IMG/VR virus record: IMGVR_UViG_3300012953_000016
Span: 59,516 to 123,515 of that record
Direction: 5' to 3' (one strand)
DNA from: a virus
Length of the DNA: 64,000 nucleotides
The notes beneath the pieces are model-generated. The model worked only from the letters and a program-made list of their open reading frames with translations. It did no database searches and was not told the DNA's origin. Positions 56,898-64,000 of this stretch are shown here, in pieces (the stretch's first letter is position 1; each line of letters begins with the position of its first letter). The position numbers and the translations under genes are program-made.

Positions 56898-58142
56898 CTA
56901 TAACGTCTTGCATGACCATGGTTGATACCGGTCTTTCCAGTTTGATATTGTATCATTCATTGTATCGTGCCATAAATCAACTGTTGTTTGATAATTGAAT
57001 TCTGAGTCGACATAGCGGAATGCTTTTTGCCCTAATTCTTTTCTTTTCTCAGGCCCGAGTAGGTACATTTTTTCAATAGCATCTGCTATGGATGTATGTG
57101 AAACTAAATCTTCATATATGTACGGCACTTGTTGTGATCCAACTAAAGTCTTAAGTTCAACATCAATCGCAACTCCATTCTCAGAACCATCGCGGTGGTC
57201 AACAACTTGCCGAGTTAAACCCCCCGTTTTGACTGCGATTATTGGTTTACCTACCTGCATAGCCTCAAGTGTTGCTAGGCCGAAGCCCTCAGCATAACTG
57301 ACATTAATACATGTATCTGATATGTTATGCAAGACATTAATTTGCTCAAAATCTAATCTGTCTTTTGAGAAAACAACACTATCTCTTATTCCTAGCATGT
57401 CTGCTACTTCATATAGATTTTGACCTTCACGGTCTGTTGGATCTGTGTGTAAAAGTAGTGATGCCTTATTTGTGCCATGATTTTTTTCAAGGCGGTCCAT
57501 AAACTCTTTCCATGCCCATAATAAATCGCCGGCGCGTTTTCGGCGTGCATTACGATTAATCCAAAAGACAACAAAGTGATCTAAACGTTTTTCGCCCAAC
57601 ACTTGTTTCTTAAATTTTGATACCTCTAAGGGTGGTAGGGAACGATATATATCGCCTGGTAATGCATGAGGAATAAAGTTTACACGATCAGGAACAATCT
57701 CTTTGCACACCTCATATGTAAGGTGAGAATGACAATTTAGCAAATCCGTTGATTCATATAATACGCTGTTGAACTTTGGGGTTGGGCGATTATCCCATAC
57801 ATGCCAGTAAGCTATAGGGCAGACTTGGTGTATTTCATCTTCCATTTCCCAAGCCCAGATAAAGAAACGAGGATCAGTAAATAATAAAAGTAGATCAGGT
57901 TTTTCAGTTGCTAAAGTAACACGTAATAATTCAGGAGTACCAAAACCATCAATAGGGCGGATAATAAAATCATCATTAACATGTACAGTGTCATAGTTAT
58001 CATGCTTCATTGCTGCACCGAATTGACGAAAGGTCCACTCATTTTTTTTGAGCAGACCATTTATCAGGTGACGGGTTTGAACACCTACACCACTAGTGCT
58101 TAAAGCATGATCAGATAATACTAATACTTTCTTTTTCTTCAA
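56898..58142 (-). CDS. Glycosyltransferase, GT-B fold (GT4-like)
   Basis: SGVG, NRNARRK and AEGFGLATLEAMQVGKPII (EX7E motif). Confidence 0.9.
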   Translation of the reverse strand: MKKKKVLVLSDHALSTSGVGVQTRHLINGLLKKNEWTFRQFGAAMKHDNYDTVHVNDDFIIRPIDGFGTPELLRVTLATEKPDLLLLFTDPRFFIWAWEMEDEIHQVCPIAYWHVWDNRPTPKFNSVLYESTDLLNCHSHLTYEVCKEIVPDRVNFIPHALPGDIYRSLPPLEVSKFKKQVLGEKRLDHFVVFWINRNARRKRAGDLLWAWKEFMDRLEKNHGTNKASLLLHTDPTDREGQNLYEVADMLGIRDSVVFSKDRLDFEQINVLHNISDTCINVSYAEGFGLATLEAMQVGKPIIAVKTGGLTRQVVDHRDGSENGVAIDVELKTLVGSQQVPYIYEDLVSHTSIADAIEKMYLLGPEKRKELGQKAFRYVDSEFNYQTTVDLWHDTMNDTISNWKDRYQPWSCKTL

Positions 58143-58195
58143 GATACACTCTCACATTCTTATTGGAATTGTATACCGCCGGCTCATGACATAAA

Positions 58196-59059
58196 CTAGT
58201 CATCAACAACTGCTCTACCAATCATATTCTCCCAATCTCTCTCTGCTTGAGGTCGAACATCTAGATTCTTTTCCCAAACTGCTGTCAGGACGTTGGGGTT
58301 TATATTCAGGTCTTGTGCAACAAACCTAATTGCGTTTAGATCCTTAGGAAAGCAATGGCCACCAAAGCCCAAGCTTCCGTCAGGACCAGGAACTGAAAGA
58401 TGGGATTTACCAATACGATTGTCATATAATGCATATTCAACTACCTTGTCAAAATCAATATCCATGCCGTCACAGACCTGTTTCATTTCATTTGCAAATG
58501 ATACCTTCGTTGCAAGAAAACAATTAATGAAATACTTTACTGTCTCTGCGACATTCGCGCCGGTCTTAATAATAGGAACATCAGGGAACGCTCGGCGGTA
58601 CATTGTCTTTACTTTGGTTGAAGCCGGTCTAGGCCCCCCGATAATAATTCTATTCTGGTTCTTAAAGTCATCAAAGCTGTTAGCTTCAGTTAAAAACTCA
58701 GGATTAAAAATGATAGTAACATTTGAATACCGATCATTAAGACGGTCTGTCGTGCCTGGTTCAATTGTAGATTTAATTACAGCAATCACCTTCTTGTTAA
58801 GGCGGCGGTTTGCATCATTAATCTCTGAAATTGCATCTTCTACAATCCTAGTATCACACCGCCCAGACTGTTTCATAGGAGTAGGCAAGCAAACAAAGAC
58901 AACTTCATCTACACGATCAACTAGCTCTGAGATGGTTTCACATGTTGAATTCTTGGATGGATCAATATCACATGTTTCGACATTAAATGCATGATTCATA
59001 CCTTCTCTAATAGCAGAGCCAACGAAGCCTTGCCCAATAATACCAATAGTTTTTTTCAT
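58196..59059 (-). CDS. UDP-glucose/GDP-mannose dehydrogenase family protein, lacking the C-terminal UDP-binding domain
   Basis: GIIGQGFVG, VCLPTP, IKSTIEPGTT, NPEFL, KVSFANE and catalytic GFGGHCFPKD. Only 287 aa long. Confidence 0.9.
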   Translation of the reverse strand: MKKTIGIIGQGFVGSAIREGMNHAFNVETCDIDPSKNSTCETISELVDRVDEVVFVCLPTPMKQSGRCDTRIVEDAISEINDANRRLNKKVIAVIKSTIEPGTTDRLNDRYSNVTIIFNPEFLTEANSFDDFKNQNRIIIGGPRPASTKVKTMYRRAFPDVPIIKTGANVAETVKYFINCFLATKVSFANEMKQVCDGMDIDFDKVVEYALYDNRIGKSHLSVPGPDGSLGFGGHCFPKDLNAIRFVAQDLNINPNVLTAVWEKNLDVRPQAERDWENMIGRAVVDD

Positions 59060-59068
59060 TTTTTCCTC

Positions 59069-59932
59069 TTAAAGTTCGTCGCCAGGACAATGTGGCGTGT
59101 TTTTGAAGTCACAAAATTTACATGCATTCCCGCGATTTTTGGGGAAAAACCCCCGCCTAACCGTCGAAATCATGCTAGATACAAGCTTATCAGCTTTTTC
59201 CTGAGTCTTAGGGCCTACGGAGACTTTTATAAATTCACATGTGCGCCCTGGCTTGGCACCACGTTTTAATAAAACAAACCCGCAGTATACATCCTTGGGA
59301 TCAACATTCAACTTACGGCTCCAATAATTCTTATATAGAGCAATTTGTGCCTGTGTTAAAAAGCTTCGCTTTTTATCAGAGTTCCACCCTCTAGCATTCG
59401 CGGTTTTCCAGTCAATTATATAACACTTAAGGTTACCCTTTTTATCCCTACACTTAATGATTGCATCGATATAACCCTTATATGTCATAGAGTCATCGCG
59501 GTAAACGGACTCCATTAGTGGATACTCAGCAGCTACTGTTTCCCATCCAGGAAACTCTTTTTCCATAAAATCGGGTAAGTCTGTAATACAATTCTTCGCC
59601 CAATCAACCCAGTCGTCAATCTTATTATGCCGGTATTTCCAGCCTTGTGCGGATGAGCGGGCAGTCATCCCGTCAATAAATTCTTTTGAATCGAAACCCT
59701 TTTCTTCCCAAGCAGCCCTTAAGGCAACCTCAGTTTCATCTAAAATAAGTTCGCGGGTTTTTAAGAAATGTTCACAAGCTTCATGAACGATCGTTCCGTA
59801 ATCTAAATACGGAGACTCGTCAAACGTTTGTAACTTATCGATATACAAGAGCTTATGACGGAAAGGGCACTCTTTCCAGTTCCGGACTTCAGAATAGGAA
59901 ACGTGCCCTTTATTTGTTGGAAAATTCGTCAT
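59069..59932 (-). CDS. PD-(D/E)XK exonuclease, Cas4/AddB-like with a predicted 4Fe-4S cluster
   Basis: SYSE..ECP, YGTIVH, KGYIDAI, IIDWKT, QIALY and CKFC..HC (1+3 Cys arrangement). The start at 59932 is preferred over 59956 because a promoter overlaps the latter. Confidence 0.85.
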   Translation of the reverse strand: MTNFPTNKGHVSYSEVRNWKECPFRHKLLYIDKLQTFDESPYLDYGTIVHEACEHFLKTRELILDETEVALRAAWEEKGFDSKEFIDGMTARSSAQGWKYRHNKIDDWVDWAKNCITDLPDFMEKEFPGWETVAAEYPLMESVYRDDSMTYKGYIDAIIKCRDKKGNLKCYIIDWKTANARGWNSDKKRSFLTQAQIALYKNYWSRKLNVDPKDVYCGFVLLKRGAKPGRTCEFIKVSVGPKTQEKADKLVSSMISTVRRGFFPKNRGNACKFCDFKNTPHCPGDEL

Positions 59933-59937
59933 ATTAT

Positions 59938-59966
59938 AGTATAACGCTCCAGTCATAAATGTTCAG
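59938..59966 (-). promoter_or_regulatory. sigma70-like promoter CTGAAC-N17-TATACT
   Basis: Matches the recurring motif. The ATG at 59932 lies at about the expected transcription start. Confidence 0.55.
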
Positions 59967-60962
59967 TTATTTCTTCCAAAAACTATAAAGATTTTTTTCA
60001 ACCTCATATTCAAAATACTCAACGTTACGATTGGGCTGTGTTTGTGCCCAAGCATACATTTCCCTAACTGTAGCTTCAAGGTCTGTATTATCAACAAACC
60101 CTAATCCTTCTTGGGCTTTTGTATGATCTGAATATGCTGTATGTACTTCATTTCGTTTTTCGAGATGTACCAAATCGACATTATTCCCAAACTCAGCAGC
60201 TACCTTTTGTACAGTAAGAGCTGCATCATTAATTGTCCAGTACTTATCTGCACCGATATTAAAGGTCTCGCCATGGAAGTCGTCCATTAGTAATTCGAAT
60301 GGCTTCATGTAAAAGCTAATATCAGAAAATGCCCGAACCTGAGTGCCGTCGCCAAAAATCGTAAGGGATTCATTATTCATCGACTGACGAATCCAGATAC
60401 CAATTACATTTCGATATCGGTCCCAGATATTTTGGTATACACCAACTACATTATGAGGGCGTACAATGGAGTAATTAAGCCCGAAGTGATCCTTAGCTAA
60501 TGCAAGATCCATCTCTACAGCATATTTTGCAATGCCATACGGATCTTCAGGGGTCTGTGGTTGCGTCTCTACAAAGGGAGGCGTACCTTCACCATAAACT
60601 GCCATTGATGAAGTAAAGATAATCTTTTCAACTTCATTATTGATACATGCATTAATAACATTCGAAGAACAAACAACGTTGTTCGTATAGTTAAAGCTTC
60701 GAATATATGGGCTTAAACCTTCAGCAGCATAAGCAGCAAAATGATATACATAATCTGGTTTATGATCTGCAAAAATCTTATTAACAGCAGGAGCATCATT
60801 CAAATCAGCTTCATAAAAAACTGAATCTGGATCGACACTGGACTCATAACCTCCAAATAGATTATCAATACCTACAACAGTATATCCTTTACCGGTTAAA
60901 TAGCGTGAAAAATTAGCACCCAAAAGCCCGGCTGCACCGGTAATTAAAACTGTTTTACTCAT
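59967..60962 (-). CDS. NAD-dependent nucleotide-sugar epimerase/dehydratase (extended SDR, GalE-like)
   Basis: ITGAAGLLG, HFAA, FTSSMAVYG, YGIAK (YxxxK) and IFGDGTQVRAF. Confidence 0.9.
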   Translation of the reverse strand: MSKTVLITGAAGLLGANFSRYLTGKGYTVVGIDNLFGGYESSVDPDSVFYEADLNDAPAVNKIFADHKPDYVYHFAAYAAEGLSPYIRSFNYTNNVVCSSNVINACINNEVEKIIFTSSMAVYGEGTPPFVETQPQTPEDPYGIAKYAVEMDLALAKDHFGLNYSIVRPHNVVGVYQNIWDRYRNVIGIWIRQSMNNESLTIFGDGTQVRAFSDISFYMKPFELLMDDFHGETFNIGADKYWTINDAALTVQKVAAEFGNNVDLVHLEKRNEVHTAYSDHTKAQEGLGFVDNTDLEATVREMYAWAQTQPNRNVEYFEYEVEKNLYSFWKK

Positions 60963-60991
60963 CTAAAGTTCTCCTAAGTAGATTCAATTGA

Positions 60992-61020
60992 ATTATACAA
61001 CATTAATATTAGAAGTTCAA
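60992..61020 (-). promoter_or_regulatory. sigma70-like promoter TTGAAC-N17-TATAAT
   Basis: Near-consensus -35/-10 boxes with a 17-nt spacer, followed by the AGGAG RBS of the epimerase. Confidence 0.7.
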
Positions 61021-61766
61021 CCTACAAATCCACGATTTCTCAAAAATAATGATTCAGTTTGTTGTTGCATGGAGTCAGGAGAAAGCATGTCTACGTCAGG
61101 ACTTATATTGTAGTGATAAGCACATATCGGTAAGTAAGATCTCCCGAGCTCTAATTGTCGACATTGATGAAGTATCGGAAGATAAATTGCTTGATCTGCA
61201 ACTCGCTTAAAATATTCACCCTGAGCATTGTAGAAGTTTTCCATATCGATATCATTTATTAGATATTTTCGGAACGTCTTAAGGTGAGAACTTACCCACT
61301 CTGTCTCATATACATCAACATCTTTTGCTATGGGCTTTGAACCGCCCGAGATTGTAAAACCCCAACGTTGATTTGTCCATACCGCACCAATGGGTTTCTC
61401 TGGATGGTTATATTGTTCATTAATAAGGGTAAATGCATCCATATCGCATAACCAGTCATCACCATCAACATGACATATAATATCATTATCGTCTGCCATA
61501 CTAATTCCCGTTAGTATATTAGGAAGAGCATGATATTGATTATCATTTTCAATTACGGTCACTTTATCTTTTGCGTTGGCAAACTTTTCTAGAAAACGAT
61601 GTATCTCAGAAACAGTACCGTCAGTAGAATTATCATCAATTATAACTACTGACCAATTGGTATGGGTTTGGGCCCATATTGAATATAGACAACGTGCAAC
61701 ATACTCTTCTGCATTCCTCACAGGAATGACTACCTTAAAATGATTATTCAATCTCATCACCTTCAA
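61017..61766 (-). CDS. Glycosyltransferase family 2 (GT-A)
   Basis: VVIPVRNAEEYV..IIDDNSTDGT..HVDGDDWL. The true start may be a few codons downstream. Confidence 0.9.
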   Translation of the reverse strand: MKVMRLNNHFKVVIPVRNAEEYVARCLYSIWAQTHTNWSVVIIDDNSTDGTVSEIHRFLEKFANAKDKVTVIENDNQYHALPNILTGISMADDNDIICHVDGDDWLCDMDAFTLINEQYNHPEKPIGAVWTNQRWGFTISGGSKPIAKDVDVYETEWVSSHLKTFRKYLINDIDMENFYNAQGEYFKRVADQAIYLPILHQCRQLELGRSYLPICAYHYNISPDVDMLSPDSMQQQTESLFLRNRGFVG

Positions 61767-63666
61767 TCATAAGAGTCGGATGGGATATATCAAGGCCTAA
61801 GTCAGGGGTTGGCTTCTTGAAGTCGACCTTTTCATGAAAAACCCAACCCCCCATCTTTTCGCCAAGTTGAGCTGCGAGGCGGGTAATATCTTTATTTGTA
61901 ACCTTGGACCATGACTTATCAAAAAACATGTTATTTTCTGGCGTGTCTTCCTGGGGAATATTATAAAGGCTCTGCCAATGTTGCGACCAGTAATCACGAT
62001 ATGTTTTAATTTTTCTTTCTAGATTATACCACGAATAATGATAAGAAACAGGCAGCATTTCAATATTTTTTTGAAACCACTGCTTATATTTTTCATGGGC
62101 GTCTGCATTGTTTCCTAATGCTGCAACTCTAAGATTATGAGCTTCTTCAATATAGAAAGATGCATGTGGAATTAACTCGTTAGTATCCTTATGAATATAG
62201 TCACAACCATCAGTTCCAGGAAGGGCATGTAAATATCCATGTTCATCATGTGTTTGCAGCGGCTTTGGAATTCCATGGGTGATCTCTGGTTTGTTTCTAG
62301 AAACCCTCCATTTCCATGGTGTTACATCCATACGCGTCTTTCCTTTATCACCCCAAAATTCCACGACCGGGAGGGAAATTAGATCAACCTCTTGAGGAAA
62401 CACAGTTAAGAGCCGTCGGATTTTCTCATAATCATTTTCATGGATCACTTCATCTGCATCTTGCTGCCAGCAATATTTCATTGTACATGTACTTCGTGCT
62501 TTGGCTTTTTGAGCCCCATCAAAGACAGCAAATCGTGGGTGATCCCAATCTCTTTTAACTAAACTAACCTTAAGTCGCGGTTCATTTTTTGCCATGGATA
62601 GTAATTGTTCATACGTACCGTCATCTGAACCTCCATCAACAACCACCACTTCATCACAGAAGCCTAACATTGATTTAATTGATTGGACCCATGGATAACC
62701 ACCGGTGATGCAATTAAGGGTGGTTGTGTAGCCGCTCAAGGTAGGATTATAGTTCATTGCATACTTGATACCATTCCAGAATCTTTCCCGGGCTCCAAAT
62801 AGGTATGCCTGAGTGTCAAACGTATCTTCAGTATCAAACCAGATTTCATCCTTATGTTGCACATTGTCATTAAGCACCAGCTTACAACCGAGTAGTTTGG
62901 CCTCAATCACAATCCGCGGACATGTATCTGCACCAGCAGGTAAGAATACTAAACCCTCTGCTTTCGAAAGCTTTTCAAGGACGTCGCCATATTCTAGGTT
63001 TTGTATTAACTCATACTCTAGATCATTATCGATGCAATGTTGAATTGCTGCATCTGTACCTTTAACCCATGAAGTACTTCCTAGTACTAACCACCCGCTG
63101 CGATCTGATTCTTTATTCTGTTCAGAGAGGTAATTAACTGCAGTAAAAAATTTCTCTGAGAATACTGAGCTAAGTACTGTGTTGTCTTTTTCTGAAAGGA
63201 ATGGAAAATGATCTAGATATATACCTTGCTGCGCTTCTGACATCCACCATATACTTTTAGCACCACACATGAAGGCTGATATCATCTTTCCATGGATATC
63301 ATTATGACAGTCGCATGAACCGGTCTCATTAATATGTTTCTGAGGTGATCTAAATTTACAGTATTTATAGTCATACTCTAGAATAGAGTAACTGAGATTA
63401 GCAACAATGGAAGGGATCAAACTGAGATCCATATGCGCATAATTTCCAAATACCCAGTGTTTATCCATACCTTGCTGAAGTACTTCAGGGGTAATCTGGT
63501 TAGAATGTAATTTATAAACAGAAAATGGAGAAGATTCAATCAAAGCCTCAGAGGTAAGTTCAGCACCCCCTTGAAGATCTTCTACAAAAAAATCTGAGAC
63601 AAAAACTATGTCTGAATCTGGGGTTAAATCGGTATTCCCATCTTCAGTAAATGGACTGTTAAACAT
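61744..63666 (-). CDS. Two-domain glycosyltransferase (GT-B-like N-terminus + GT2 C-terminus)
   Basis: N-terminal GGAELT..WVKG..DTCPRIVIEAKLLGC and C-terminal VVVVDGGSDDGT..QQDADEV. Confidence 0.8.
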   Translation of the reverse strand: MFNSPFTEDGNTDLTPDSDIVFVSDFFVEDLQGGAELTSEALIESSPFSVYKLHSNQITPEVLQQGMDKHWVFGNYAHMDLSLIPSIVANLSYSILEYDYKYCKFRSPQKHINETGSCDCHNDIHGKMISAFMCGAKSIWWMSEAQQGIYLDHFPFLSEKDNTVLSSVFSEKFFTAVNYLSEQNKESDRSGWLVLGSTSWVKGTDAAIQHCIDNDLEYELIQNLEYGDVLEKLSKAEGLVFLPAGADTCPRIVIEAKLLGCKLVLNDNVQHKDEIWFDTEDTFDTQAYLFGARERFWNGIKYAMNYNPTLSGYTTTLNCITGGYPWVQSIKSMLGFCDEVVVVDGGSDDGTYEQLLSMAKNEPRLKVSLVKRDWDHPRFAVFDGAQKAKARSTCTMKYCWQQDADEVIHENDYEKIRRLLTVFPQEVDLISLPVVEFWGDKGKTRMDVTPWKWRVSRNKPEITHGIPKPLQTHDEHGYLHALPGTDGCDYIHKDTNELIPHASFYIEEAHNLRVAALGNNADAHEKYKQWFQKNIEMLPVSYHYSWYNLERKIKTYRDYWSQHWQSLYNIPQEDTPENNMFFDKSWSKVTNKDITRLAAQLGEKMGGWVFHEKVDFKKPTPDLGLDISHPTLMIEGDEIE

Positions 63667-63707
63667 GTACTATTCTCCTACCCGGTAACAATGATCAGCT
63701 TATGAAG

Positions 63708-63736
63708 AAGGTACAGTGAAAAAAAAAGATGTACAA
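63708..63736 (-). promoter_or_regulatory. sigma70-like promoter TTGTAC-N17-TACCTT
   Basis: 17-nt spacer upstream of the AGGAG RBS of the first glycosyltransferase gene. Confidence 0.45.
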
Positions 63737-63778
63737 TTGCTTATACAAATTTCCTTTACAGCCCTATTATAAATAACT

Positions 63779-63900
63779 GGATCTGAATCTGAATCAGTAC
63801 TGAATCTGAATAACTGTTAATCAGTATTCTATTAATATTAGATCAGCTTACTTTATTAATAGATCTATAGATCAGTATTGAATCAGTATATTAACTAGCT
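63779..63900. repeat. AT-rich intergenic tract of short degenerate repeats (ATCTGA, ATCAGTA, GATC)
   Basis: ATCTGAATCTGAATCAGTACTGAATCTGAA... with four ATCAGTA copies and palindromic elements. Confidence 0.7.
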
Positions 63901-63999
63901 TTAAGGGAGTCCGGGTAAGTTAAGTTGGATTCCATTCCCGTCTTGTACGTTCGCAGCGTTAATGGCATTTACTTTAACTGCCACAGCTGCATCAGCCTT
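63901..63999 (-). CDS. 3' end of an unknown CDS entering from beyond the window
   Basis: Open frame ..KADAAVAVKVNAINAANVQDGNGIQLNLPGLP* ending at the TAA at 63901-63903. Confidence 0.6.
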   Translation of the reverse strand, partial: KADAAVAVKVNAINAANVQDGNGIQLNLPGLP

Positions 64000-64000
64000 C

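Noticed and set aside
58293-58994. 233-aa plus-strand ORF
   Set aside because: It is the antisense shadow of the UDP-glucose dehydrogenase gene and has no recognisable motif.
1258-63043. Numerous 60-156 aa plus-strand ORFs and short nested minus-strand ORFs
   Set aside because: Nearly all lie within long minus-strand genes and show the S/P/I-rich composition expected from antisense or off-frame reading.
63779-63900. CRISPR array associated with the Cas4-like gene
   Set aside because: The repeats are 6-8 nt, irregular and lack unique spacers of constant length.
1-64000. Alternative genetic code (TAG or TGA recoding), as seen in some large phages
   Set aside because: Very long ORFs are intact under code 11, and TAA, TAG and TGA each terminate genes directly before the next start. 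The one internal stop is an isolated TAA.

Overview
This 64-kb window is a densely coded fragment of a large myovirus-like (jumbo-type) phage genome. Every supportable gene is on the minus strand, and TAA, TAG and TGA all act as stops. In transcription order (right to left) it contains five blocks. (1) An AT-rich repeat tract. (2) A sugar-modification cluster of four glycosyltransferase genes, an NDP-sugar epimerase and a short UDP-glucose dehydrogenase, with an embedded Cas4-like nuclease. (3) A T4 gp55-like late sigma factor. (4) A ~52-kb baseplate/tail-appendage module: gp5-like, gp25-like, gp6/J-like and gp7/gpI-like genes plus giant proteins of 1546-3976 aa, most of them acidic mosaics of LamG and repeat modules. 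(5) A RuvC-like resolvase, a DnaG-type primase and the start of an Mre11/SbcD-like nuclease. The strongest unexplained signal is a ~480-nt non-coding stretch (33038-33518, minus strand) between two giant genes. It has four GNRA-tetraloop hairpins, crossing long-range helices, an upstream promoter-like motif and its own terminator, which makes it a candidate large structured ncRNA. Other notable points are an in-frame TAA inside an otherwise intact structural gene (8962-9675), nested module insertions shared among the giant proteins, and strongly basic inserts in three neighbouring proteins. All family assignments come from motif recognition by eye; no searches were run.
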